From assembly GCF_001017655.1 (NCBI RefSeq), contig NZ_CP010904.1:150001-182000 (forward strand): 32,000 bases of DNA, read 5' to 3'. Shown here piece after piece: positions 1 through 9,518 of the stretch. The notes beneath the pieces were generated by a model. It was not told the origin of the DNA, did not search any database, and was given only the letters and a program-made list of their open reading frames with translations. The DNA is from Kiritimatiella glycovorans. Lineage in GTDB: Bacteria; Verrucomicrobiota; Kiritimatiellia; Kiritimatiellales; Kiritimatiellaceae. Within the stretch, counting starts at the first letter, position 1. Each line of letters opens with the position of its first letter. The translations under genes were made by a program, and so were the position numbers.

Positions 1-2
1 GC

Positions 3-1934
3 GGCGAACTTGGCTACTCTCTCGCCCACGCCTTCGGTGCTGTCTTCGACAATCCGGACCTCATCGCCGCGTGCGTGATCGGCGACGGCGAGGCCGAGAC
101 CGGGCCTCTGGCCGCGGGATGGCACGGAAACAAGTTTCTGAATCCCGGGCGCGACGGCACGGTGCTTCCCATCCTGCACCTCAACGGATACAAGATCGCC
201 AACCCCTCGTTCCTGGCGCGGATGCCGGAGGACGAACTCTACCGCCTCATGGAGGGCTATGGATACCGGCCCTTCACGGTGGTCGGAGACGACCCGGCGG
301 AGGCACACCGTGCGATGGCCGGGGCGCTCGAAGAGATTTTCGAGTCGATCGCCGCCATCCGCGGCGAGGCCGCCGGGCGCGACGACGGTTATCGCCCGCG
401 GTGGCCGATGCTCATCCTGCGCACGCCCAAGGGCTGGACGGGTCCGGAGCAGGTCGACGGCAGGCAGGTGGAGGGGACATGGCGATCGCACCAGGTGCCG
501 TTGACCCGTCCCCGCACCGACCCCGAGCAGACGCTTCAGCTCGAGCGGTGGATGAAGAGCTATCGCCCGGAAGAGTTGTTCGACGACGAAGGAACGCTTC
601 GCCCCGAAGTCGGCGCGCTCTCGCCCGCCGGTCCGCGGCGGATGGGGGCCAATCCCCACGCCAACGGCGGCGTTCTGCTGCGGTCGCTGTGCATGCCCGA
701 TTTCCGCGACTACGCCGTAAAGGTCGAGTCGCCCGGGACCGAATGCGCCGAGGCCACGCGCATCCTCGGGTGTTTCCTGCGCGACGTGATCCGGCGCAAT
801 CCGGACAACTTCCGCGTCTTCGGCCCGGACGAGACCGAATCGAACCGGCTGGGCGCTCTTTTCGAGGCCACCGGCCGCACCTGGAACTGCGAAAGGATGG
901 AAACCGACGAAACGCTCTCGCCCGAAGGCCGCGTGATGGAGGTGCTGAGCGAACACACCTGTCAGGGGTGGCTCGAGGGTTATCTGCTCACGGGCCGTCA
1001 CGGCTTTTTCGCCTGCTACGAAGCATTCATCCACATCATCGACTCCATGTTCAATCAGCATGCGAAATGGCTGAAGGTCACGCGTGATGAAATACCCTGG
1101 CGCCAGTCGATCGCCTCGTTCAACTACCTGCTGACCTCGCACGTCTGGCGTCAGGACCACAATGGGTTCTCGCACCAGGACCCCGGCTTCATCGACCATG
1201 TGGTCAACAAGAAGGCGGATATCATCCGCGTCTACCTGCCGCCGGACGCCAACACGCTGCTCTCCGTGGCCGACCACTGTCTGCGCAGCCGCGATTACAT
1301 CAATGTAATCGTCGCCGGCAAGCAGCCCGAACCGCAGTACCTGGACATGGAGTCGGCGATCAAGCACTGCACCGCGGGCCTCGGCATCTGGGAGTGGGCC
1401 AGCAACGACCGCGGCGGCGAACCCGACGTGGTCATGGCCTGCGCGGGCGACGTCCCCACACTGGAGACCCTGGCCGCCGTGGACATCCTCAGGCGACGCT
1501 TCCCCGAACTCAGGGTGCGGGTGGTGAACGTGGTCGATCTCATGACCCTGCAGCCCGAGTCGGAACACCCGCACGGACTGCCGGACAAGGACTTCGATGC
1601 GATGTTCACGACGGACAAGCCGATCATCTTCGCCTACCACGGATACCCTTGGCTGATCCACCGGCTCACGTACCGCCGCACGAACCATCGCAATCTTCAC
1701 GTTCGGGGATACAAGGAGGAAGGCACGACCACCACACCGTTCGACATGGTGGTGCGCAACGATCTGGACCGTTTTCATCTGGTCGGCGACGTGATCGATC
1801 GCGTGGAGAAACTCGGCTACGCGGCGGCGTATACCAAGCAGATGCTGCGGGACAGGCTTATCGAACACCGCGAGTACGTACAGCGTTACGGAGAGGACGT
1901 GCCCGAAATCCGGGACTGGGTGTGGCCCGGCTGA
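3..1934 (+). CDS. xfp: Xylulose-5-phosphate/fructose-6-phosphate phosphoketolase, 5'-truncated by the window edge
   Basis: The frame is open from base 3 ([69 protein letters not shown]...) to TGA at 1932-1934. It has the ThDP-type GDGE motif and long colinear similarity to the phosphoketolase family as I recall it. The GVT-start at 75 in the ORF track is internal. Confidence 0.93.
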   Translation, partial: GELGYSLAHAFGAVFDNPDLIAACVIGDGEAETGPLAAGWHGNKFLNPGRDGTVLPILHLNGYKIANPSFLARMPEDELYRLMEGYGYRPFTVVGDDPAEAHRAMAGALEEIFESIAAIRGEAAGRDDGYRPRWPMLILRTPKGWTGPEQVDGRQVEGTWRSHQVPLTRPRTDPEQTLQLERWMKSYRPEELFDDEGTLRPEVGALSPAGPRRMGANPHANGGVLLRSLCMPDFRDYAVKVESPGTECAEATRILGCFLRDVIRRNPDNFRVFGPDETESNRLGALFEATGRTWNCERMETDETLSPEGRVMEVLSEHTCQGWLEGYLLTGRHGFFACYEAFIHIIDSMFNQHAKWLKVTRDEIPWRQSIASFNYLLTSHVWRQDHNGFSHQDPGFIDHVVNKKADIIRVYLPPDANTLLSVADHCLRSRDYINVIVAGKQPEPQYLDMESAIKHCTAGLGIWEWASNDRGGEPDVVMACAGDVPTLETLAAVDILRRRFPELRVRVVNVVDLMTLQPESEHPHGLPDKDFDAMFTTDKPIIFAYHGYPWLIHRLTYRRTNHRNLHVRGYKEEGTTTTPFDMVVRNDLDRFHLVGDVIDRVEKLGYAAAYTKQMLRDRLIEHREYVQRYGEDVPEIRDWVWPG

Positions 1935-2046
1935 GGGGCCGTGCTCCGGATCACGGTGGGCGCGGACGATTCCCGGCCCTGCCGCCTGTTTGACGACCCG
2001 GCGGGCGCGGGTGTACCATGCGTGTGAACAGGCAAGGAGGCGGTGT

Positions 2047-2607
2047 ATGGTCATCCGGTCACACACGATTCCGGTGTTCCTCTTCCTGGCGGTCTCTTTC
2101 GCCATGGCCGTCCAGGCCGCCCCGAACCGAAAGAAAGAAGGAGAGAGCCCGATGCAGCTGAGTTCATCCGCGTTCGAGTCCGGGGAGATGATTCCGTCGC
2201 AATATACCTGTGACGGGGCTGACGTCTCGATTCCCCTTTCCTGGACGAACGCGCCTGAAGGAGTCCGCAGTTTCGCCCTGATCGTCGACGATCCCGACGC
2301 GCCGGTGGGAACCTGGGTGCACTGGGTCATGTACAATATCCCGGCGGATGTGCGCGCCCTGCCGGAGAATATCCCCGCCGACCCCCAAACGGAAAACGGC
2401 GCCGTTCAGGGTCTCAACGACTTCCGCCGCATCGGCTACGGGGGCCCCTGTCCGCCCGACGGGACACACCGCTACTTTTTCCGGCTGTTCGCGCTGGATA
2501 CGGAACTCGGCCTCGAACCCGGCGCGAGCAGGGATGAACTGCTCGAGGCCATCGAAGGCCATGTGATTGCGAAAGCCGAGCTGATGGGCCGGTACAAAAG
2601 GCAATAG
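2047..2607 (+). CDS. YbhB/YbcL (PEBP, Raf-kinase-inhibitor-like) family protein with signal peptide
   Basis: ATG at 2047 follows AGGAGG at 2034-2039. The N-terminal hydrophobic signal is VFLFLAVSFAMAVQA. PEBP hallmarks are DDPDAP, GTWVHW and GYGGPCPPDGTHRYFFRLFALD. The TTG start at 1990 in the track is less likely. Confidence 0.85.
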   Translation: MVIRSHTIPVFLFLAVSFAMAVQAAPNRKKEGESPMQLSSSAFESGEMIPSQYTCDGADVSIPLSWTNAPEGVRSFALIVDDPDAPVGTWVHWVMYNIPADVRALPENIPADPQTENGAVQGLNDFRRIGYGGPCPPDGTHRYFFRLFALDTELGLEPGASRDELLEAIEGHVIAKAELMGRYKRQ

Positions 2608-2740
2608 GGCGGGAGCAAACCGGCCGGGCCGGCTCCGGAGTCTCTCTGATTCCGCGTGTGTTACAGGTCAGACACGGTGTGCTGGTGCATAACCCGGGTC
2701 AGGACGGTTCCCTTGCCGCAGCTGCCTGACTGAGCCGTTT

Positions 2741-3403
2741 ATGGATCCGAAACGCCATTCCTGGGACCTGACTCCGGCCGGGGCCCGCGCCGTTCAGGAG
2801 GCGCTGGCGCCCGAGGTTGTGACCGAAAACCGTTTCGGCTCCGTGCGCCACGTGGCCGGGGTTGACGTCGGTTTTCCGGAAGGACGCACTCGCGCCGCCA
2901 TCGCCGTGCTCCGCTATCCCGACCTTGAACCGGTTGATTCCGCCCAGGTCACCCTCGACACCTCCTTCCCGTATGTTCCCGGCCTGCTTTCCTTCCGTGA
3001 GCTTCCGGCGGTCGAGCGTGCGTTGGAGAAGCTCCGGGAGAAGCCGGACCTGATCCTGTGCGACGGACAGGGGCGTGCCCACCCCCGGCGCATGGGCATC
3101 GCGTGTCATCTGGGCGTCCGTACCGGCTATGCTACCATCGGGGTTGCAAAGAGCCGCCTGTGCGGCACCTTTGAAGCTCCCGGGCGGGAACGCGGTTGCC
3201 GAGCGCCGCTCTATGACGGAAGGGAACGGATTGGGACGGTGCTCCGGACTCGAACCGGCGTGAAGCCGCTGTTTATCTCCGCAGGGCATCGCATCGACCT
3301 CGAGACCGCGGTCGACTTCGTGCTGCGCTGCACCCCTCGCTATCGCCTTCCGGAAACCACCCGTGCCGCTCACCGCCTTGCCTCGGGACTGCAGTCCGTA
3401 TAG
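2741..3403 (+). CDS. nfi: Endonuclease V (deoxyinosine 3' endonuclease)
   Basis: 220 aa. Contains [44 protein letters not shown] and IGVAKSRL, typical of the Nfi family. Confidence 0.9.
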   Translation: MDPKRHSWDLTPAGARAVQEALAPEVVTENRFGSVRHVAGVDVGFPEGRTRAAIAVLRYPDLEPVDSAQVTLDTSFPYVPGLLSFRELPAVERALEKLREKPDLILCDGQGRAHPRRMGIACHLGVRTGYATIGVAKSRLCGTFEAPGRERGCRAPLYDGRERIGTVLRTRTGVKPLFISAGHRIDLETAVDFVLRCTPRYRLPETTRAAHRLASGLQSV

Positions 3404-3424
3404 TACGCGGCACGGGAACCCGGT

Positions 3425-4003
3425 TCACCGCTGCTCCCGTGCCCCCCGCACCGCTTTTCCGTACAGGCGGCGGATGGCGATCATCCATACCGCGGTGCCG
3501 ATTGCGGCGGCCAGCAGGAATACCTCAAGAGCGAGCCGCACCGGATCGTCCGCGGGGATCCGCTCGCTCACCACGGCGAACACCGCGGCGAGCGGGACCG
3601 CCGGCGCCTCGATGCGCAGCTTCTCCCGGATATAATCACGCAACTCAGTGTTCGGCCAATGCTTCAGCAGAATGAGGTATTTCATCACGGCTATGGCGAA
3701 CACGCCCCCCCAGAACGCGCACCACAGAGAGGTGTTACCCACGGAGAGTACGGCCCCATAGAGGAAAACCGCTCCCATGGCGTCCATGGCATTGTGCGTG
3801 TCGTCCTTCGCATCGAGAAATCGCAGAAGAACGTATACCCCGAGTACAAGATGAGCCAGAAGGATCCACGTCGCGGCATACAAAGCCAGTGTGCCCGCAC
3901 GGTCCACTTCCGCCCACGCCGGTATCATCAGGGCGGCCGCCAGCGCCACCCCCGCACCCCGGAACGCCCAGCCGCCGGCACGATGTGTGATGGGCGTCTT
4001 CAC
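3425..4003 (-). CDS. Hypothetical multi-pass membrane protein
   Basis: 192-aa ORF with a GTG start, 17 nt downstream of the preceding minus-strand gene. It has about 5 hydrophobic segments and no domain I recognise. The start codon is uncertain. Confidence 0.55.
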   Translation of the reverse strand: MKTPITHRAGGWAFRGAGVALAAALMIPAWAEVDRAGTLALYAATWILLAHLVLGVYVLLRFLDAKDDTHNAMDAMGAVFLYGAVLSVGNTSLWCAFWGGVFAIAVMKYLILLKHWPNTELRDYIREKLRIEAPAVPLAAVFAVVSERIPADDPVRLALEVFLLAAAIGTAVWMIAIRRLYGKAVRGAREQR

Positions 4004-4019
4004 CGTTTCAGGGTCATCG

Positions 4020-4562
4020 CTAGAAGCTCCAGTTCACCAGAACCATGCCCGGAGCCAGCTCTTCGGGGAGATTCCCGAACCAGGTCTCGTTTTCAGGGAG
4101 AAGATTGATCACCCCGACCTGCAGTGCCTCATCGGTGCTTTCAGCCACATTGAACAATCCGAGCTGCAGCCCGCGAAGATGGGCCGAGTAATTCACGAAC
4201 GCGGTCTGCAGTCCGTAGGTCGAGCCGCCGGAGTAATTGATGCATCCGCCCTGCCAGCCCGTGAATTCCGCCGTGGCGTAATTGACCGCCGCCCACTGAA
4301 CCCCGCGGTAGCTTTCGGCGTAGTTGAGCAGAAGCGACCAGCTGAACCCGAGGCTTTGTCCTGTGGAGCCGTTGACGATACCCAGTGCCAGGGCTTCCTG
4401 CGGATTTTCCCCCCAGATGTTCAGAGCGATTCCGCGAATCATGACACCCCGGTCATGGATCGCCACATCGGGCGTCAGGCTGAGCTGAACGGGTTCCGCC
4501 GCCGAGGCGCTTAACCCCGCCGTCATCATCATAACCGTAAATACAACAGCTTTTCTTTTCAC
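4020..4562 (-). CDS. Secreted or outer-surface repeat protein (short G-x-Q...(V/I)N(Y) repeats)
   Basis: GTG at 4562 is preceded by AAAGGAG with a 6-nt spacer. Signal peptide is KRKAVVFTVMMMTAGLSASAAEP. At least 5 tandem repeats of about 15 aa are present (YRGVQWAAVNYATAE, TGWQGGCINYSGGST, YGLQTAFVNYSAHL, RGLQLGLFNVAEST, EALQVGVINLLPEN). It ends in ...VNWSF, an aromatic C-terminus typical of outer-membrane proteins. The ORF-track start at 4610 is an alternative. Confidence 0.6.
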   Translation of the reverse strand: MKRKAVVFTVMMMTAGLSASAAEPVQLSLTPDVAIHDRGVMIRGIALNIWGENPQEALALGIVNGSTGQSLGFSWSLLLNYAESYRGVQWAAVNYATAEFTGWQGGCINYSGGSTYGLQTAFVNYSAHLRGLQLGLFNVAESTDEALQVGVINLLPENETWFGNLPEELAPGMVLVNWSF

Positions 4563-4681
4563 GGGAACACTCCTTTCCTTTTCATTCTTTAACCTGCCCG
4601 GTCGTCGCATCGGGCTGCTGCGGTTTGATTCTAATACGATCCCTGCGCGAATTCCAGCAATTCATTGACGGTGAGTGAAAG

Positions 4682-4825
4682 CAGCGATTCTCATTATGGC
4701 TTCACCCTTTTCGGTCGGGGTGGCACCCGACCCTCCCAGTGCCCGAAAATGCGTCGGATATCGACTCGGGAGGGACGGCTGCCACGCCGTCCGCGGTCGG
4801 AATGCGGCCATAATGAGAACTGCTG
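4682..4825 (+). mobile_element. MITE copy A (144 bp, non-autonomous element)
   Basis: Imperfect 19-bp terminal inverted repeats: CAGCGATTCTCATTATGGC ... GCCATAATGAGAACTGCTG. Flanked by a 9-bp direct repeat, GAGTGAAAG (4673-4681) and GAATGAAAG (4826-4834), 8/9 match. 144/144 identical to the copy at 19889-20032. Confidence 0.85.
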
Positions 4826-4904
4826 GAATGAAAGGGCGCAGACTTGTATATCCCGCCGGATTCTGTGCTATGATCCGGCGCGACTGAACGCCTTAGCCGG
4901 GAGA

Positions 4905-5741
4905 ATGCCGATGACACCGAAGGCCGTGCGTATCCTTTTCATTGCGCTGCTGGCGACCTCCGCCCGCGCCGCGGAGGTCGCCCCGGACCGCAGACCCGTC
5001 TACAGGGAGACCCCGCAGCAGGATCTCGCCGTGCACATCTACCTCCCGGAAGGGTGGGACGCCCGCGACCGTCGGCCGGCCGCAGTATTCTTCTTTGGAG
5101 GGGGTTGGAAGGGCGGCAATCCCCTGCACTTTTCACGGCAGGCCCGCGCCCTGGCCTCGCGCGGGATGGTGGCGTTCTGTCCCGATTACCGGGTCGAAGA
5201 AAGGCACGGAACCACACCCTTTGAATCGCTTAAGGATGCGAAATCGGCGTTGCGCTGGGTCCGGGCCCACGCGGAGGACTGGGGCGTGGATCCGGAGCGT
5301 ATCGCCGCCGGAGGCGGCTCCGCGGGCGGCCACCTGGCCGCCGCCACGGCCACCCTGGAAGACTGGAACGATCCGTCGGACCCGGAGGTGAGCTGCCGCC
5401 CCGACGCGCTGCTGCTCTTCAACCCGGTAGTCGACAACAGCCCCGAGGGCTATGGTTACGACCGGATCGGAGAGGCATGGCCGCGGTTTTCGCCGCTGCA
5501 CAATATCGGTCCGGATATACCCCCTGCGCTTTTCATGCTCGGCGACCGCGATGACACGATCCCAGTTTCGACGGCACGGAGTTTCCGGGAGAAAATTGAG
5601 GCCGCGGGCGGGCGCTGCGAAGTCAGGATCTACGAGGACGCCGGACACGGCTTTTTCAACCGCGAACCCTTCACGACGCGCACCACACGGGCTGCCGTGG
5701 ACTTTCTGGAATCGCTGGGCTGGATTCCGGTTTCGCCCTGA
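4905..5741 (+). CDS. Alpha/beta hydrolase (carbohydrate-esterase / lipase-like), secreted
   Basis: Start is ATG 4905 or ATG 4911, after GGGAGA. Signal peptide is AVRILFIALLATSARAAEV. It has an oxyanion-type FFFGGGW, the nucleophile elbow GGSAGGHLAA (GxSxG) and a C-terminal DAGHGF. The upstream part of track ORF 4665.. runs through the MITE and is not coding. Confidence 0.85.
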   Translation: MPMTPKAVRILFIALLATSARAAEVAPDRRPVYRETPQQDLAVHIYLPEGWDARDRRPAAVFFFGGGWKGGNPLHFSRQARALASRGMVAFCPDYRVEERHGTTPFESLKDAKSALRWVRAHAEDWGVDPERIAAGGGSAGGHLAAATATLEDWNDPSDPEVSCRPDALLLFNPVVDNSPEGYGYDRIGEAWPRFSPLHNIGPDIPPALFMLGDRDDTIPVSTARSFREKIEAAGGRCEVRIYEDAGHGFFNREPFTTRTTRAAVDFLESLGWIPVSP

Positions 5742-5836
5742 TTTTTTCCGTTCGCCATGTTTCGCGCACTTGGCGTGACCCCTCCGCCGTGCTATAAGGC
5801 GGGCTCCTTTAATTTTCCAAAGGAACGGGGGCGCAG

Positions 5837-6751
5837 GTGCTGGAAGTAACGATCGGCGGGGTGCAGGTATTCTGGCCTGCCCTGGTGGGGCTCGGCTTAC
5901 TGATCGGGTTCTTGACGGGCCTGTTCGGAGTCGGCGGGGGATTTCTGCTTACACCCTGCCTGCGCATCCTGTTCGGCGTTCCCTATCCTGTGGCGGTGGG
6001 AAGCGATCTCGTCCAGATCTTCTGCACGGGTTCAGTCTCGGCGTTCAAGCACTGGCGGCGGGGGGATGTCGATGTCAAACTCGGCGTACTGCTCGCCGCG
6101 GGGGCGGCGACGGGAAGTTTCCTGGGCAAGGAGATCATGTCCGTTCTGCAGCAGGAGGCGGGAAGCCTCCGGATCGCGGGGCGGAGCCAGCCGATGCTGG
6201 ATGTGGTGATGAACCTCCTCTTTCTCGCGCTCATGGCGGCCGTGGCGGTGTCGATTATTCGTGAAAAGACACAGGAGGGCGGGGACACCGACCGCGTGGA
6301 CACCGTCTTCTCGCAACGCCTGCGTAAGCTTGCCCTCCCGCCCCGGATGTCCTTTGAGACCAGCGGAACCTCGTTCAGCCTGTGGGTCCCCGTGGGCGTG
6401 GCCCTGGTCGTGGGCATGCTCACCGGCCTGATGGGCGTCGGCGGAGGGTTCATCATGTTCCCGCTGCTCGTCTACGTGCTCGGCGTTTCGACGGTGGCCG
6501 CCGTCGGCACGGGTGCGTTTCAGATTGTATTCGCCACCGGGGCGGGAGCCATGGCGCACTTCAGCGAGGGCCATGTTTCGCTGCCGCTGGTGGGCTTTCT
6601 GCTCGTCGGGTCGATCACCGGTGTCCAGCTGGGTGTACGGCTCTCGCACCGGCTCGCGGGGCGGCGCCTGCGGCGCTACTTCGCCGGCGTCCTGAGCCTG
6701 GGCATTCTGCTGATCCTCTACAGCCTCGCGGGCCAGTTCGGAGTCATCTGA
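5837..6751 (+). CDS. TSUP family (TauE/SafE-like) anion permease
   Basis: GTG start after AAAGGAACGGGGG. 304 aa, about 8 TM segments, with a duplicated GVGGGF(L/I) motif in each half, typical of TauE/SafE. Confidence 0.88.
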   Translation: MLEVTIGGVQVFWPALVGLGLLIGFLTGLFGVGGGFLLTPCLRILFGVPYPVAVGSDLVQIFCTGSVSAFKHWRRGDVDVKLGVLLAAGAATGSFLGKEIMSVLQQEAGSLRIAGRSQPMLDVVMNLLFLALMAAVAVSIIREKTQEGGDTDRVDTVFSQRLRKLALPPRMSFETSGTSFSLWVPVGVALVVGMLTGLMGVGGGFIMFPLLVYVLGVSTVAAVGTGAFQIVFATGAGAMAHFSEGHVSLPLVGFLLVGSITGVQLGVRLSHRLAGRRLRRYFAGVLSLGILLILYSLAGQFGVI

Positions 6752-6928
6752 CCCCATCTGTTCGAAAACGCAAGCCATGACTCTCGCAAAGGCGCAAGGA
6801 TCGCAAAGCGGAATGAGAATAGGATAGGCAAAGGGATCGTGCTCCCCGAATGAGGAAAATTGCTGGCGACCCTGGCGGCCTGGCGAGAGAAAAACAGATC
6901 CCGTTCGGATCCGCTTTCAGGGCATCTC

Positions 6929-7067
6929 CTGAGTTCAACATGGGGACACCCGGTGGAATATCGTACTCGTACTCGTACTCAGCGAAGCGGTACTCGTACT
7001 CGAATTCCTTGAATCGGGGGATGGGATCGCGCCTTCGGCGCTCCGAGTACGCGTACGAGTACGAGTA
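6929..7067 (+). repeat. GTACTC/GAGTAC hexamer palindromic element, copy R1
   Basis: CTGAGTTCAACATGGGGACAC..(GTACTC)x3-AGCGAAGCG-(GTACTC)x2..GGGGGATGGGATC-GCGCCTTCGGCGC-..GAGTACGCGTACGAGTACGAGTA. It is the reverse complement of 21741-21880 apart from hexamer-number differences and a few substitutions. Confidence 0.8.
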
Positions 7068-7088
7068 TATGTCCCCCCCCTCAACCAA

Positions 7089-7132
7089 CCTTCATGCTCT
7101 TCATGTCCTTCATCGTTCTCTCTCTCTCCTCC
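7089..7132. repeat. 3 x 9-bp tandem repeat (YCTTCATSN) followed by a (TC)n polypyrimidine run
   Basis: CCTTCATGC TCTTCATGT CCTTCATCG, then TTCTCTCTCTCTCCTCC. Read directly from the sequence; function unknown. Confidence 0.5.
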
Positions 7133-7397
7133 GATCTGCCGCATCCCACCTTTCCCGGGAACCCTTCCATAAAAATCCACGAATAACCCTTTTTTCCGCC
7201 GGGACACCCCGATTCAAAACTCACTTCAATGTTCACAGGGGGATTCGAGCGCTTCTTCGGGCAATGTTGAAGTCAGGTTCCACCGGCTGCAACATCAAGT
7301 GGAAGCCGGGCAACGAGCCGCCGTACTTCGGGTAGGGTGCGAATTACCTTGAACTCCGCACCGTTTGCGGGGTATATCCTCGCGTTCCATTTTCTGC

Positions 7398-7484
<87 letters not shown>

Positions 7485-7563
7485 GTTCTTCAGAGAGAAC
7501 ACAGCTCAACGGTACACGTGCGAATCATATTCTCTGTGGAGAGATCTTACTCAGGTCTCAGGT

Positions 7564-7614
7564 TTCCCACTCCCTCTTACTCTGATTCTTACTCTGATTC
7601 TGACTCTGACTCTC
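7564..7614 (-). repeat. Degenerate hexamer/12-mer repeat with G-rich core, related to the R elements
   Basis: Plus strand reads TTCCCACTCCCTCTTAC TCTGATTCTTACTCTGATTCTGACTCTGACTCTC. The 17-mer TTCCCACTCCCTCTTAC recurs 16/17 at 26073-26089. It lies 49 nt downstream of the mlaA stop codon. Confidence 0.55.
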
Positions 7615-7662
7615 CCCTGATCCCCTCCCCCGCAGATTGCGGACAGCCGGTCATCGGACCCG

Positions 7663-8445
7663 CTATTTTTCCGAGCCTTCGGGTCCGGGCGCCCCCGGTT
7701 CCCGGTCCTCAACCAGGTGTCGGCGCCGCTGCAGATAGCCGTCGCGCATGGAGACGTAGGGGTCGAGCGCATCCTGTTTGAACTGCTCGTATTCGCCCAG
7801 GCGCATGCTGAGTGCGTTGATGCGGTCGCCGGCTTTCAGGGCCACCTCTTCCCACGTCTTCATCTCGGCGTAGTAGAGCGGATCGAGAAAACCGTCGCCG
7901 ACCATGCCGATCGTGTCGCGGACGTTGGACGGACCGAGCACCGGCCAGACGATATAAAACATCTCGCCCATGCCGTAGGAGCCGAGCGTCTGGCCGAGAT
8001 CCTCGTTCGGCGGCGGCACGTCGAATTTTTTCGCCGCGGGATCGGTGAACCCGAGCCCGCCCGCCGTGGTATTCACGAGAAACCGCGCCAGCGCCGCGCC
8101 CGAATCCTCGAACTTGCCCTGCAGTGCCGAATTGACGACCCGCACGGGCGATTCGAGGTTGGAGAAGAAATTCCCGACCCCCTTGCGGGTCATTTCGGGG
8201 AGGATCTTCGAGTATCCCTGCGCCACGGGCTTGAGCACCCAGAAGTAGAGCTTGTCGTTGAACTGAAACATGGCGCGGTTGAACGGTTCGAGCGGGTCGG
8301 GAACCTGCGGGCCGGCCTGTGCGCCGTCCATTTCCAGGCCGGGCGGGAGGGTCTCATCGCCCGCCCCCGTATCGGCGGCGTAGGATGCGGAAACGAGGGT
8401 TGCGAGAACGACGGCGAGTGCGGCGAATCCGGAGGTAATCTTCAT
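7663..8445 (-). CDS. mlaA: MlaA/VacJ family outer-membrane lipoprotein
   Basis: ATG at 8445 overlaps the mlaC stop codon (ATGA). Signal is MKITSGFAALAVVLATLVSASYA. Contains DPLEPFNRAMFQFND, NFFSNLESPVRVVNSALQGK and VNTTAGGLGFTDPA. The track ORF extension to 8625 is not supported. Confidence 0.9.
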   Translation of the reverse strand: MKITSGFAALAVVLATLVSASYAADTGAGDETLPPGLEMDGAQAGPQVPDPLEPFNRAMFQFNDKLYFWVLKPVAQGYSKILPEMTRKGVGNFFSNLESPVRVVNSALQGKFEDSGAALARFLVNTTAGGLGFTDPAAKKFDVPPPNEDLGQTLGSYGMGEMFYIVWPVLGPSNVRDTIGMVGDGFLDPLYYAEMKTWEEVALKAGDRINALSMRLGEYEQFKQDALDPYVSMRDGYLQRRRHLVEDREPGAPGPEGSEK

Positions 8446-9050
8446 GATTCTTTCCCTTTCTTCTGTTCCTGTTGCTTCTTCTGTTCCAGTTTTGACACCA
8501 GTTCCTCGAAACTCCCGCTTGTCAGGATCTCGTTGATCTGGTCGCGGTAGTTGCGGACGATGCTTACGCCGTCGGCGACGACGTCGTAGACCTTCCATCC
8601 GGCGTCGTGCCGGATGACGCGCCACACGAGTGAGATTTCCTTGCCGTCGGTCCTCAGCACCCGGGCGTTCACCGTACCGTACTTCTCCTGCACCGAATCG
8701 CCGGTGAACTCGATCTCTTCGCCGGAGTAGTGTTCCAGTTTCTCAAGATAGGTACGGGTGATCAGGTCGCGGAAGAGCGGGACGAGCCGGTCCCGCTGTG
8801 CATCATTGAGCGTCCTCCAGTGCCGCCCCGCCGCGCTGCGGGTCATGACCCGCCAGTCGAATTCCTTCAGGGCGATGGAGCGGATCTTCTCCTCCCTGTC
8901 CTCCTCGCCGAGTTCTTCGTTCCGAAGAATCCTGAGCACCTCGTCCGTGGCCCCGCGCAGCTCATCCAGCGCCTCGCCCGCCGGGGCGGCGGTCGGCGCA
9001 GCCAGCAGGGCCGGCACGATCAGGGTCCGGAGCAGTCGTCGCGCGGTCAT
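8442..9050 (-). CDS. mlaC: MlaC/Ttg2D-type periplasmic phospholipid-binding protein
   Basis: ATG is preceded by AAGGAG. It has a signal peptide. FDWRVMTRSAAGRHWRTLNDAQRDRLVPLFRDLITRTYL is typical of the family. Position in the mla operon supports the call. Confidence 0.85.
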   Translation of the reverse strand: MTARRLLRTLIVPALLAAPTAAPAGEALDELRGATDEVLRILRNEELGEEDREEKIRSIALKEFDWRVMTRSAAGRHWRTLNDAQRDRLVPLFRDLITRTYLEKLEHYSGEEIEFTGDSVQEKYGTVNARVLRTDGKEISLVWRVIRHDAGWKVYDVVADGVSIVRNYRDQINEILTSGSFEELVSKLEQKKQQEQKKGKES

Positions 9051-9060
9051 GGCGGTCTCC

Positions 9061-9516
9061 TTACTTCTGTTTCTGTTCGATCTGTCCTATCGCGTATTTC
9101 GAAACCATCTCGATCAGGTCTATGGCCGGTTCGGTCTGCGTGATCGTTTCGCCCGGACCGAGGGTGTCCGGGGCGCCTCCGGGGCTGAGTTCGACGTATT
9201 TCTCGCCGATGACGCCGCGGGTCTTGATCGAGGCGATCGTATCGCGCGGAAGCTCGATCTCCTCTCCGAGACGCAGCCGCACCTCGGCCGCGAAATTCTG
9301 CATGGATACCTTTTCCACCTGACCCACGGAGACGCCGGCGATGCTGACCGTGGCACCGTCGCGCAGTCCGCCGACGTCGGTGAACGTGGCGTTCACCGTG
9401 TAGCCGCGGCCGCCGATCACCTCCTGGCGGCCCATTTTGATCGAGAGCACGACGAGACAGCCGATGCCGATCAGGATGAACAGTCCCACGGTGAATTCGA
9501 GATCGAACTTTTTCAT
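9061..9516 (-). CDS. mlaD: MlaD (MCE-domain) protein
   Basis: Start is at MKKFDLEFTVGLFILIGIGCLVVLSIKMG (N-terminal TM anchor). MCE-domain segments include GLRDGATVSIAGVSVGQV. Confidence 0.9.
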   Translation of the reverse strand: MKKFDLEFTVGLFILIGIGCLVVLSIKMGRQEVIGGRGYTVNATFTDVGGLRDGATVSIAGVSVGQVEKVSMQNFAAEVRLRLGEEIELPRDTIASIKTRGVIGEKYVELSPGGAPDTLGPGETITQTEPAIDLIEMVSKYAIGQIEQKQK

Positions 9517-9518
9517 GA

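Noticed and set aside
1990-2046. N-terminal extensions proposed by the ORF track for several genes: TTG 1990 for the PEBP protein, 8625 for mlaA, 9549 for mlaD, 10466 for mlaF, 12666 for the hydrolase, and 14194 and 14783 for the pseudopilins.
   Set aside because: The extensions are Arg-rich or overlap the upstream gene extensively. Internal ATG or GTG codons with Shine-Dalgarno sequences, signal peptides or 1-4 nt stop/start overlaps give proteins colinear with their families.
4675-4887. A recurring peptide, MASPFSVGVAPDPPSARKCVGYRLGRDGCHAVRGRNAAIMRTA, and its antisense partner, SSSHYGRIPTADGV..., appear in ORFs at four loci and look like a small multi-copy gene.
   Set aside because: The repeated reading frames coincide exactly with the 144-bp MITE copies. 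The ORFs have different, unrelated extensions at each locus, no RBS, and continue into flanking non-homologous DNA. They are artefacts of translating a repeat.
6850-7335. ORFs encoding YSYSYS / EYEYEY / RTRTRT-type peptides (6850-7335, 6744-7088, 6935-7207, 21413-21607, 21624-21869, and the start of 21694-22581).
   Set aside because: The periodic dipeptides are the translation of the GTACTC/GAGTAC hexamer arrays in different frames. The same DNA yields such ORFs on both strands. There are no RBS or start contexts and the frames are not conserved between copies, because the indels are hexamer slippage.
7200-7397. Possible SRP (4.5S) or other small RNA upstream of tRNA-Leu, because of GUCAGGU...GGAAGCCGGGCAAC-like strings.
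   Set aside because: The conserved SRP helix-8 arrangement (AGGUCCGGAAGGAAGCAGCC with a GGAA tetraloop closing a symmetric helix) cannot be reconstructed, and the flanking sequence does not form the long closing helix. It is kept only as an item to scan with Rfam.
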